Position numbers and translations under genes: made by a program. DNA of 64,000 nt from Bryobacterales bacterium. GTDB taxonomy: Bacteria; Acidobacteriota; Terriglobia; Bryobacterales; Bryobacteraceae. Positions 18,758-27,727 of this stretch are shown here, piece by piece. The first letter of the stretch is position 1. Each line of letters starts with the position of its first letter. Where the stretch lies: assembly GCA_038212445.1 (NCBI GenBank), contig JBBQUM010000029.1, forward strand, positions 8,474-72,473, written 5' to 3'. The notes beneath the pieces are model-generated. The model was not told where the DNA came from, searched no databases, and worked only from the letters and a program-made list of their open reading frames with translations.

Positions 18758-20176
18758 ATGACCTTGGAACCAACCCGTCGACACTTCTTCGGCCGCGCCG
18801 CTACCGGGATCGGGGTCACGGCGCTGGCGTCGCTCTTTGAGCGCGCTGGACTGGGCGCGATGCTGCCGGGGCTGCCGCATTTCCCTCCGCGAGCTAAGCG
18901 CGTCATCTACCTGCACCAGAGTGGCGGACCGTCGCAACTCGACATGTTCGACTACAAGCCGGGATTGCGCAAGTTTCAGGGCGTCGATCTTCCCGGATCG
19001 GTGCGCATGGGGCAGCGCATCACCGGCATGACGTCGGGTCAGAGCACGCTGCCGGTGGCGTCGCCGATCTTCGAGTTCAAGCAGCATGGGCAGAACGGCG
19101 CGTGGGCCAGCGAACTTGTTCCCCACATGGCGAAGATCGTTGACGACCTCACCATCATCAAGACCGTCAATACAGACGCCATCAATCACGATCCGGCGAT
19201 CACATTTATTCAGACGGGGAGCCAGCAGCCGGGGCGTCCGAGCATGGGTTCATGGGTGAGCTACGGGCTTGGCAGCGAGAACGAGAACATGCCGTCGTTT
19301 GTCGTGCTGCTGTCGCAGGCGCACGCGATTAATACGGATCAGCCGTTATTCTCCCGCTTGTGGAGCAGCGGGTTCTTACCATCGAAGTATCAGGGTGTGC
19401 GCTTCCGCTCGGGTGCGGATCCGGTGTTGTACCTTTCGGATCCCCCAGGAATTTCGCGATCCACACGCCGCCAGATGCTCGACGGAATCGCGGCGCTGGA
19501 TAAGATGCGCTCTGAAGAATTCGGTGATCCGGAAATCGAAACGCGGATCGGCCAGTACGAGATGGCTTACCGCATGCAGTCGTCGGTCCCCGATCTGATG
19601 GACCTGTCGAAAGAGCCGGACAGCGTTTTCGAGATGTACGGCCCTGAGTCGCGCAAGCCGGGCACCTACGCTGCCAACTGCCTGCTCGCGCGCCGCCTCG
19701 CCGAACGCAATGTGCGCTTCGTCCAGCTTTATCATCGCGGCTGGGATCAGCACAACGATCTACCGCGCGACCTCGCTCTGCAGTGCCGCGGTACAGACCA
19801 GCCGACCGCTGCGCTGATTACAGATTTGAAGCAACGCGGACTGCTCGACGACACTCTCGTCATTTGGGGTGGAGAATTCGGACGCACCGTCTACTGCCAG
19901 GGCAAGCTCTCGCAGGAAAACTATGGGCGCGATCATCATGGCCGCTGCTTCACGATGTGGGTAGCCGGCGGCGGTATGAAACGGGGCCAGGTGATCGGCG
20001 AGACCGACGAGTTCGGCTACAACATTGTCAGCGATCCGGTGAGCGTCTACGATCTGCAGGCCACTATCATGCACTGCCTCGGCGTGGATCACACGCGCCT
20101 TACCTATAAGTTCCAAGGGCGCCACTTCCGCCTGACCGACGTACATGGCGAGGTCTTCAAGAAGATCCTCGCGTAA
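18758..20176 (+). CDS. DUF1501 domain protein (sulfatase-like fold), Tat signal
   Basis: [19 protein letters not shown] twin-arginine leader and WGGEFGRT...GRDHH signature. Confidence 0.9.
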   Translation: MTLEPTRRHFFGRAATGIGVTALASLFERAGLGAMLPGLPHFPPRAKRVIYLHQSGGPSQLDMFDYKPGLRKFQGVDLPGSVRMGQRITGMTSGQSTLPVASPIFEFKQHGQNGAWASELVPHMAKIVDDLTIIKTVNTDAINHDPAITFIQTGSQQPGRPSMGSWVSYGLGSENENMPSFVVLLSQAHAINTDQPLFSRLWSSGFLPSKYQGVRFRSGADPVLYLSDPPGISRSTRRQMLDGIAALDKMRSEEFGDPEIETRIGQYEMAYRMQSSVPDLMDLSKEPDSVFEMYGPESRKPGTYAANCLLARRLAERNVRFVQLYHRGWDQHNDLPRDLALQCRGTDQPTAALITDLKQRGLLDDTLVIWGGEFGRTVYCQGKLSQENYGRDHHGRCFTMWVAGGGMKRGQVIGETDEFGYNIVSDPVSVYDLQATIMHCLGVDHTRLTYKFQGRHFRLTDVHGEVFKKILA

Positions 20177-20195
20177 CGACTCGACCTCAAAAATA

Positions 20196-22193
20196 ATGAA
20201 CAGACTCGCGCAAGAGAAAAGTCCGTATTTGCAGCAGCACGCCCACAATCCCGTGGACTGGTATCCCTGGGGACCGGAGGCGTTTGAAAAGGCGCGTACG
20301 GAGAACAAGCCGATCTTTCTCTCCATCGGCTATTCGACGTGCCACTGGTGTCACGTGATGGAGCGGGAGAGCTTTGAGAATCCCGCGCTCGCTGAAATAC
20401 TCAATCGAAATTTTATTCCGATCAAGGTAGATCGCGAAGAGCGTCCCGATGTCGACCGGATCTACATGCTGTTTGTGCAGGCGACCACCGGCAGCGGTGG
20501 ATGGCCGATGTCGGTGTTTCTGACGCCGGAGTTGAAGCCATTCTACGGCGGCACATACTTCCCGCCGGACAATCGCTACGGGCGTCCCGGATTCGGCTCG
20601 ATTCTCGAGCAACTGGGGCAGGCATGGCGGACGGATCGGGACAAAATCGAGCATTCAAGCATCGAGGTGATGAACTCGCTCGAGCAGTACTCCGCCATCG
20701 CTCCGCGTCCAGAGGGACTCGACCCCGGAGTGCTGGACAGCGCGTTTCATACATTCCGGCGCAGCTTTGACTCCAGGCTTGGCGGCTTCGGCGGAGCCCC
20801 GAAATTCCCCCGGCCAAGCACGCTGAATTTCCTGCTCCGCTACTACGTCCGAGCGAAGAACGAAGAGGCGCTGGACATGGTTCTGCTGACGCTGCGTGAG
20901 ATGGCGCGTGGCGGGATGAACGATCAACTGGGCGGCGGATTTCACCGCTACTCGGTGGACGATCGCTGGTTTGTGCCTCATTTCGAGAAGATGCTGTACG
21001 ATCAGGCGCAGCTTGCGATCTCGTATCTGGAGGCATTTCAGATCACCCGCGATCCGCTGTTCGCAGGCGTGGCGCGAGACATTTTCGAATATGTGTTGCG
21101 CGACCTGCGTCATCCGGAGGGCGGCTTCTATTCGGCTGAAGATGCGGACAGTGTTATCGATCCCGCTCAGCCGTCGGTGAAGGGTGAGGGCGCGTTCTAC
21201 ATCTGGACGCGTCAGGAGTTGGCGGCGATTTTGCCTCCGGACGCGCTCGAGGTCTTCTGCCGGCACTACGGCGTGGACGCAGCAGGGAACGTCCGCGACG
21301 ATCCGCATGGCGAATTCCATGGACGCAATATTCTCTACCAGGCGCGCGACGTATCCGAGGATCTGGTTGAGGCTCGCCGCGTTGCGCTCGCCGAACGTGG
21401 AAAGCGCGTGAGACCCCATCTCGACGATAAGGTGCTTGCTGCCTGGAACGGGCTGATGATTTCGGCATTCGCCAAAGGCGCGCAAATCCTCGGCGAACCG
21501 CGGTACGCTGAAGCCGCGCTGGGAGCCGCCGGATTCATCCTGCGCAACATGTACGATCCCGCGACGGTTACACTCCGCCGACGGTTCCGCGACGGCGAAT
21601 CCGCCATTCCAGGATTTCTCGACGACTACGCGTTCTTCATCCAGGCCTTGCTCGATCTCTACGAAACAACGTTTGAGCAGTACCATCTGGATCTCGCGGC
21701 TCAACTGGCCGAACGCATGCGCGAACTGTTCGAAGACCAGGAGCACGGTGCGTTCTTCAGCACGGCCGAAGGCGACAGCAACCTGATTCTCCGCATGAAA
21801 GAGGATTACGATGGCGCGGAGCCATCCGGCAACTCCATCGCTGTTCTCGCGCTGCTGCGTCTGGGCCGTATGACCAGAGGAGAGGAGTTCCGCGGGTCCG
21901 CCGAGCGCGCAATCGCTGCGTTCGCACAAAGAATTTCCACCGCCAGCACTGGCGTCCCGCAGATGCTCGTGGCTTTCCAATATTCACTCACGCCACCGCG
22001 CCAGGTGATTATCGAGGGCGACCCCAAAGCTGCGGCCCCGCTGCTCGAAGCCGTGCGCCAACGCTTCCTGCCCGACACCGTTGTCATGATGCGCGAACCC
22101 GGCGTTTCACCCCCGGCGGCTTACGTTTGCGAGAATTTCGCTTGTCAACTACCCGTTTTGACGGTGCCTGAGCTGACAGGCTTGCTAAAATAG
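20196..22193 (+). CDS. thioredoxin-domain (DUF255) / six-hairpin glycosidase-like protein (YyaL/SPATA20 family)
   Basis: [22 protein letters not shown]...[11 protein letters not shown]-terminus and long alpha/alpha C-terminal region. Start set to ATG 20196. Confidence 0.9.
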   Translation: MNRLAQEKSPYLQQHAHNPVDWYPWGPEAFEKARTENKPIFLSIGYSTCHWCHVMERESFENPALAEILNRNFIPIKVDREERPDVDRIYMLFVQATTGSGGWPMSVFLTPELKPFYGGTYFPPDNRYGRPGFGSILEQLGQAWRTDRDKIEHSSIEVMNSLEQYSAIAPRPEGLDPGVLDSAFHTFRRSFDSRLGGFGGAPKFPRPSTLNFLLRYYVRAKNEEALDMVLLTLREMARGGMNDQLGGGFHRYSVDDRWFVPHFEKMLYDQAQLAISYLEAFQITRDPLFAGVARDIFEYVLRDLRHPEGGFYSAEDADSVIDPAQPSVKGEGAFYIWTRQELAAILPPDALEVFCRHYGVDAAGNVRDDPHGEFHGRNILYQARDVSEDLVEARRVALAERGKRVRPHLDDKVLAAWNGLMISAFAKGAQILGEPRYAEAALGAAGFILRNMYDPATVTLRRRFRDGESAIPGFLDDYAFFIQALLDLYETTFEQYHLDLAAQLAERMRELFEDQEHGAFFSTAEGDSNLILRMKEDYDGAEPSGNSIAVLALLRLGRMTRGEEFRGSAERAIAAFAQRISTASTGVPQMLVAFQYSLTPPRQVIIEGDPKAAAPLLEAVRQRFLPDTVVMMREPGVSPPAAYVCENFACQLPVLTVPELTGLLK

Positions 22194-22198
22194 CAGAA

Positions 22199-22720
22199 AT
22201 GGAAAGACCAGGAGCGACAACACTCAAGGGCAACCCTCTCACACTCGTGGGGCCCGAACTGAAGGCCGGGGACAAAGCGCCGGATTTCGAAGTCGTCGAC
22301 AGCAAATTGCAGAAGGTTGACCTAACCGGTACCGGCGGCGGAGTCCGGATCTTCAGCGTTGTGCCATCCCTCGATACACCTGTTTGCGATGCCCAAACCA
22401 AGCGCTTTAATGAAGAGGCCGCCAAACTCCCTGAAGTGAAGATTTTCAACGTGAGTATGGACCTGCCGTTCGCGCAGGGCCGGTGGTGCACTGCTTTCGG
22501 CGTGGACAACGTGAAGATGCTTTCTGACCACCGCGCCGGCTCGTTCGGTGAACACTACGGCACGATGATCAAGGAACTGCGCATTGAGAGCCGGGCAATT
22601 TTCGTCGTCGGTCCGGATAACGTGCTACGACACGTGGAGTACGTCAAGGAAGTCGCCGATCATCCGAACTACGACGCCGCTCTAGCAGCCGCAAAGTCAG
22701 GCTCGGCCGCTGGCGCGTAG
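22199..22720 (+). CDS. tpx: thiol peroxidase
   Basis: APDFEVVD...SVVPSLDTPVCDAQ peroxidatic Cys motif and a second Cys in WCTAFG. Confidence 0.95.
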   Translation: MERPGATTLKGNPLTLVGPELKAGDKAPDFEVVDSKLQKVDLTGTGGGVRIFSVVPSLDTPVCDAQTKRFNEEAAKLPEVKIFNVSMDLPFAQGRWCTAFGVDNVKMLSDHRAGSFGEHYGTMIKELRIESRAIFVVGPDNVLRHVEYVKEVADHPNYDAALAAAKSGSAAGA

Positions 22721-22744
22721 TATCAGTCCAAGCGAGTCGCTTTC

Positions 22745-22782
22745 AGCCGGAGGAACCCGAGAGTCGGGGCCTCCGGCTTTTT
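22745..22782 (+). terminator. rho-independent terminator
   Basis: AGCCGGAGG-16 nt-CCTCCGGCT followed by TTTTT. Confidence 0.75.
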
Positions 22783-22825
22783 CATTTAGGGGAAACGGAG
22801 GGGTGACAGTTGGTAGTATGGCAGC

Positions 22826-23025
22826 ATGGCCGCTCGCAAGATGCCCCTCGCCCTTCCTGAGGAGTCCCGCACTTTGTGAAAGGCGTGGCTGCCCGAGACC
22901 GCTCCCGATTCGTGTCAGAAGCTCCCAACGCAAATCTACAGGAGCGCGACGAGTCCCTTCTGGGATCGTGCAAGATCGCGAATGGGGCGAGGTTAACGAC
23001 GCGATCCAAGAGCCTTGGCGTGACG
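22826..23025 (+). pseudogene. frameshifted ribbon-helix-helix (CopG/MazE-like) antitoxin remnant
   Basis: MAARKMPLALPEESRTL then stop at 22877. The +1 frame continues KGVAARDRSRFVSEA..LQERDE. Together these match the RHH pattern (K.s.sLPeel...Ld..a...g.sRSefi.eAl). Confidence 0.5.
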
Positions 23026-23210
23026 CCCAATCGAGGTGAGTTGGATGGGTCCAACTCGATCCGACCGAAGTTGTTGCGGTGATTGATCAGATAAGAGCAA
23101 TCTCAAAAGAGCGTATCGAGAGACCATTGGGCGTCGCGTCGGATAGCGACATGCTTGCCATTGAGCAAGCCCTCGCTCAAATTCTAGAATTGGGCTCGCC
23201 GGGCGGCTAA
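23026..23210 (+). pseudogene. PemK/MazF-family toxin remnant (frameshift plus about 60-aa internal deletion)
   Basis: PNRGE in one frame, then after a TGA: VGWVQLDPT-EVVAVIDQIRAISKERIERPLGVASDSDMLAIEQALAQILEL. The N-terminal (RGE.W.v.LDPT) and C-terminal (vv..DQiR.id.eRl...lG.l....m..ie.AL) MazF signatures are directly joined. Confidence 0.5.
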
Positions 23211-24451
23211 GCGATCTCCCCAGCGATCAAATCTTCCAACGACTCCCGCCGCCGGACCGTTCGCCAGGTGGCGCCTTCCACCATCACTTCAGCGGGACGC
23301 GGACGCGAGTTGTAGTTCGATGCCAGCGCGAAGCCGTACGCTCCGGCGGTGCGGATCGCCAGCAGGTCACCAGCCTCGACATCGGGCATCTCCCGGTTCT
23401 TTGCGAGAAAATCCCCGCTTTCGCAGACCGGACCCACGACGTCGGCGACGATCGTCGACCGGGTTCCTCGCACTACCGGCTCAATCTCGTGGTGGGATTG
23501 GTACAGCGCCGGGCGCAGCAGATCGTTCATCCCGGCGTCGACAATTACGAATTCCTTCTCGCCGTTCCGCTTTCGATAAAGCGCACGAGTCAGCAGGACG
23601 CCCGCCTCCCCGACAATCGACCGGCCCGGTTCAATCATCACGTGTAGATTGCGCCCGCGCACCAGATCCTTGAGCTTTGCAACGTATTCCGAGATTACTG
23701 GCCCGCGCTCGCCGTGCTTGTAGGGGACGCCGAGTCCGCCGCCCAGGTCGATGGTGGTGATGGGAATGCCGCGCGCTCGCAGCCGGTCCACCAGCGCGAG
23801 CATTTTGCCGATGGCCTCGAGCATCGGATTCGTATCCAGCAGTTGAGAGCCGATGTGGCAACTCACACTGTCGAGTGTCAGCCCGGCTAGCTTTGAAGCT
23901 CGCTCGTACACCGGTTCCACCTCGGATATGTCTATTCCGAACTTGTGCTGACGAAGGCCTGTGGAGATATAGGGGTGTGTAGACGCATCTACATCGGGAT
24001 TCACGCGAACAGCGATCCGAGCCTTGACGCCGGCGCGGCGGGCGGCTTCGTCAATCGCCTCCAGCTCCGGCTCACTCTCGCAATTGAAACTGAAAATCCC
24101 ATGATTCAGTGCATAGGCGATCTCTTCGCGCGTCTTGCCGACGCCGGAGAAGACCGCCTTCGACGGATCGCCGCCGGCTTCGAGCACCCGGAATAACTCG
24201 CCCGCCGACACGATGTCAAAGCCCGCTCCCGCCTTCGCCAGCAACCGCAAAATCGCGAGATTGGAATTGGCTTTTACTGCATAACAGACCGTGTGGGAGA
24301 TATCGCCGAGGGCATCGTTGTACTGAGTGAAGCGGTCGAGAATCGCGCGGCTCGAATACACGTAGCAGGGCGTGCCCGCCTGAGCGGCGATAGCTTCTAA
24401 TGAAGACTCTTCACAGAAAAGCTGGTTGTCGCGATATTCGAAAGTCATCAA
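23207..24451 (-). CDS. lysA: diaminopimelate decarboxylase
   Basis: TPCYVYS, CYAVKANSNLAIL (PLP Lys), DLGGGLGVPY, CESGD and AGAYGF. Confidence 0.95.
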   Translation of the reverse strand: MMTFEYRDNQLFCEESSLEAIAAQAGTPCYVYSSRAILDRFTQYNDALGDISHTVCYAVKANSNLAILRLLAKAGAGFDIVSAGELFRVLEAGGDPSKAVFSGVGKTREEIAYALNHGIFSFNCESEPELEAIDEAARRAGVKARIAVRVNPDVDASTHPYISTGLRQHKFGIDISEVEPVYERASKLAGLTLDSVSCHIGSQLLDTNPMLEAIGKMLALVDRLRARGIPITTIDLGGGLGVPYKHGERGPVISEYVAKLKDLVRGRNLHVMIEPGRSIVGEAGVLLTRALYRKRNGEKEFVIVDAGMNDLLRPALYQSHHEIEPVVRGTRSTIVADVVGPVCESGDFLAKNREMPDVEAGDLLAIRTAGAYGFALASNYNSRPRPAEVMVEGATWRTVRRRESLEDLIAGEIA

Positions 24452-26205
24452 CTCACTCGTATGAAGATTACAGTCTGATCGTCAGTGATCGGCGTCCCAG
24501 CCATGTAGGAATCCATCTCCTTGAACAATGCCTCAGCCAGCTCACGAGGCGCCAGCCCACACTGTTTCTTAAGGAAACGTCCAAGGCGCGACGTGCCATA
24601 TTGTTCATCTGCGGCATTCAACTGATCGGACAAACCATCGGAAAAGAACATCAGCGAGTCCCCGGCCTCAGCCTGGAACACCTGCTCGTCGTACTCGCGA
24701 TCTTCGAGCAAGCCGATGGGCACGCCCTCGATGTGAGGCCGAATGAGTTCTCCGTTACGACACACCAATGGCGGCTCAGCGCCCGCATTGGCCATCAGAA
24801 AGCGACGGGTGGCGTTATCCCACATGAGAATCATCAGCGTGGCGTACTGCGCGTCCACCTTGCGTTCAAGCAGCGTCTCATTGAGATTCTTCAGCAGAGC
24901 GGCGGGCGAGTCCTCTGCCGGAGCCAAGATCCTCAACAGTCCGCTCACCAGCGACCCGTAAAGCGCGGCGGCGGCGCCCTTGCCGCTCACGTCGCCAAAC
25001 GCCAGCACCGCGTGGCCCTCGCCGTCCTTCTCAAAGAAGTCGTACACGTCGCCGGTGATCTCTCGTGCCGGACGCCCTTTGATGGCGATTTCCAAACCGC
25101 GGATCTTCGGAGCCCGGCGCGGCAGCAGCACCTGCTGCAGTTTTCTCGCCGCTTTCAGATCCTGCTCCATGCGCTGCTCGCGCTGGTTCAACTCCTCGTA
25201 CAGGCGCGCGTTCTCCACCGAGTTTGCGATCTGCGGCGCCAGCAGCGTTAGCGTGCGAACATGATCATCGGTGAAGAAGCCAATACGCTCGCTCTCCAGG
25301 TCCATCACGCCCACCACGCGGTCCTGCACCATCAGCGGGATCGCGACTTCACTGCGGATTTGTTCGTGCGAGGCGATGTAGCGCTTGTCGGCCAGCGTGT
25401 CACTCACCCTTACCGGCTCGCGGGATTCGGCCGCGGCGCCAGTGATGCCCTTCCCGAGCGGCACGTTGTCCAAATCCACACGCTGATCGTAGCGCTGGCT
25501 GAAGCGATGCCTCAGCACCCGGCGCTCGTAGTCAATCAGCAGGACGCTGAAGGCGTCGAATGGAATCAACGCGCGGATCGTATTTGCGATTTTCGTCAGT
25601 AGTTCGTCCAGCGCGAGAATCGAGCTGAACTCCTGCGAAAGGTGCGCCAGCACTTTCAGCGTGCGATTCTGACGCTCGACGCGGCGATAGAGGCGGGCGT
25701 TGTCGATGGACACCGCGACGCGGCTCGCAATCAGTCTTAGCAGCGCCCGATCGTGCTCGCTGTAAGCCTTGAGCCGGGTGGACTGGACGTCGATCACGCC
25801 CACCAGGCGCCCGCGCGCGATCATCGGCACCGCCAACTCGCTCTGCACAGCGTCGAGAGCAATGATGTAATTCGGATGCTCCCGCACGTCGTCGACAACG
25901 ATCGGCTGCCGGGTGGACGCGGCCATGCCGGTTACGCCTTCGCCCAGCGGCACCACCAAACTGCGGACAATCTCTTCGCGGTGACCAATGGAATAGCGGA
26001 TTCTCAATCCACGCAGCTTTTCGCTGTACAGCAGAATGGCAAACAGGTCGCTGGGGACCACTTGGCGGACAATGCCCGTGACGCTGGCGAGCAGGCGGTC
26101 GAGGTCGAGCGTCTCGCCGGTGGCGTCGGCGACACTCAGCAGGAAGTCGAGCAGTTCCGCGCGTTCGCGAAAGCGCACTGCTGACTTTCGAGGTGTGGTC
26201 GCCAT
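24448..26205 (-). CDS. GAF-GAF-PP2C (SpoIIE/RsbU-type) serine phosphatase
   Basis: Two GAF-like blocks (LAVPMIARGRLVGVIDVQS and VAIPLMVQDRVVGVMDLES), then ITGDVYDFF...FGDVSGKG...FSDGL PP2C motifs. The stop overlaps the lysA start. Confidence 0.85.
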   Translation of the reverse strand: MATTPRKSAVRFRERAELLDFLLSVADATGETLDLDRLLASVTGIVRQVVPSDLFAILLYSEKLRGLRIRYSIGHREEIVRSLVVPLGEGVTGMAASTRQPIVVDDVREHPNYIIALDAVQSELAVPMIARGRLVGVIDVQSTRLKAYSEHDRALLRLIASRVAVSIDNARLYRRVERQNRTLKVLAHLSQEFSSILALDELLTKIANTIRALIPFDAFSVLLIDYERRVLRHRFSQRYDQRVDLDNVPLGKGITGAAAESREPVRVSDTLADKRYIASHEQIRSEVAIPLMVQDRVVGVMDLESERIGFFTDDHVRTLTLLAPQIANSVENARLYEELNQREQRMEQDLKAARKLQQVLLPRRAPKIRGLEIAIKGRPAREITGDVYDFFEKDGEGHAVLAFGDVSGKGAAAALYGSLVSGLLRILAPAEDSPAALLKNLNETLLERKVDAQYATLMILMWDNATRRFLMANAGAEPPLVCRNGELIRPHIEGVPIGLLEDREYDEQVFQAEAGDSLMFFSDGLSDQLNAADEQYGTSRLGRFLKKQCGLAPRELAEALFKEMDSYMAGTPITDDQTVIFIRVS

Positions 26206-26218
26206 TTATTTCAGCCGG

Positions 26219-27109
26219 TCAGGCCGCTGTGGCCTCAATGATTTTGACGCTGGCGCTCGCGCCCACTCGCGACGCGCCCGCAGCCGCCATATTCCGGAGA
26301 TCGTCAAGCGTACGAATGCCGCCCGAAGCCTTCACGCCCATCTCGGGCCCCACCACCATGCGCATCAGCGCAACGTCGTGTACGGTGGCGCCGTGGGTGG
26401 AAAAGCCGGTGGACGTTTTCACAAAGTCGGCTTTCGCGGCCTTGCAGAGTGTGCACGCCATCATCTTCTGGTTGTCGTCGAGCAGCGCCGTTTCGAGAAT
26501 CACTTTAACGATGGCGCCCTGCTTGTGGGCCGCCTCCACCACGCCAGTGATGTCATTTCTGACGGCGTCGTAGTTGCCGCCGCGCAATTCGCCAACATTG
26601 ATCACCATGTCGATTTCCTGCGCACCCACGCGAATCGCAGCGGCGGTCTCGGCCACCTTGATCTCGGTGGCATTGGCGCCTAGGGGAAATCCGATAACGG
26701 TGCAGACCTTCACTGGTGAGCCCTTCAATTCAGCCGCGACGAGGGGAACCCAATAGGGATTTACGCAGACGCTGGCAAAGCCATACTTCACAGCCTCGCG
26801 CGACAGCTTGCGGATATCTTCCGCGGTGGCTTCAGGCTTCAGGATTGTGTGATCGATGAGCTTGGCGATCGCTGGATCGATTTTCGTCGTGCGCTCGCTC
26901 GACGACATGCGGTCGGCGCCGGCCGCGATGATTTCCTTCGATTTTGACGCGCAGGTCTGAGGGCATCTTCCTACGCATCCGGGACACACCAGTTCAGGAA
27001 TGTTGAGCCCCTCGCCGCGGCCGCGAATGGGACGTCCGGCAGGAGCCACGCGGGCGAGGATTTCCTCACCAATCTGCGCTACCAGTTTGTCGAGTTCCGA
27101 CGGCGTCAC
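26219..27109 (-). CDS. deoC: deoxyribose-phosphate aldolase with about 67-aa N-terminal extension
   Basis: [39 protein letters not shown] (Schiff-base Lys) and [11 protein letters not shown] start overlaps the rpiB stop. The extension contains an amphipathic helix and [12 protein letters not shown]. Confidence 0.85.
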   Translation of the reverse strand: MTPSELDKLVAQIGEEILARVAPAGRPIRGRGEGLNIPELVCPGCVGRCPQTCASKSKEIIAAGADRMSSSERTTKIDPAIAKLIDHTILKPEATAEDIRKLSREAVKYGFASVCVNPYWVPLVAAELKGSPVKVCTVIGFPLGANATEIKVAETAAAIRVGAQEIDMVINVGELRGGNYDAVRNDITGVVEAAHKQGAIVKVILETALLDDNQKMMACTLCKAAKADFVKTSTGFSTHGATVHDVALMRMVVGPEMGVKASGGIRTLDDLRNMAAAGASRVGASASVKIIEATAA

Positions 27110-27723
27110 TTCAGGTATGCCTTCTCCACTTCCATGATCTTGGCCACTCGCGCGGCATGCCGGCCGCCGCCAAAAGAGGTGGCCAGCCAGACCCGCAAAA
27201 CGTCCGCTGCAACATCCGGTGTCAGGAGCCTTCCGCCGAGCGTAAGAACATTAGAATCATTATGTTCACGGCTATTGCGCGCGGAAGCCTTATCATAGCA
27301 TAGGGCTGCCCGGATGCCCGAAACCTTGTTCGCAACCATACAGGATCCAATGCCCGCGCCGTCAACGATCACGCCGCGTCCCGCTGTCCCCGCCCTCACC
27401 AACTCCGCCACCGCACGCGCGATGTCCGGGTAGTCCGCCGGCTTGCCATCATAGACGCCGACATCGCTGACCGTCAAACCAAATTCCACGAATACCGGCT
27501 TCAAAAGCTCCTTCATTTCGTAGCCGCCATGGTCGGAGCCGAGCGCAATGATCTTGTCAGGATCGGTCTGCTGGAGCGTTTCCCCTTGAGCCAGTTCGAC
27601 AATCTGCACGCCGCGTTCGCGCGCCAGATCGCGGGCTGACGGAGTGACGATCGCGCCGGCCTCGACGCGCAACAGGCCGCTCGGAGGGATGTCGCTCTCG
27701 GTGATGACGGCTCGCGTGGACAT
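27106..27723 (-). CDS. rpiB: ribose-5-phosphate isomerase B (RpiB/LacA/LacB family) with about 55-aa N-terminal extension
   Basis: [34 protein letters not shown] and GGRHARV. No internal start lies near the canonical N-terminus. Confidence 0.85.
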   Translation of the reverse strand: MSTRAVITESDIPPSGLLRVEAGAIVTPSARDLARERGVQIVELAQGETLQQTDPDKIIALGSDHGGYEMKELLKPVFVEFGLTVSDVGVYDGKPADYPDIARAVAELVRAGTAGRGVIVDGAGIGSCMVANKVSGIRAALCYDKASARNSREHNDSNVLTLGGRLLTPDVAADVLRVWLATSFGGGRHAARVAKIMEVEKAYLK

Positions 27724-27727
27724 TCCC

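Noticed and set aside
20655-21980. 441-aa ORF on the minus strand
   Set aside because: Fully antisense to the well-supported DUF255/YyaL gene. It has Arg/Ala/Gly/Pro-heavy composition typical of GC-rich out-of-frame translation, and no motif.
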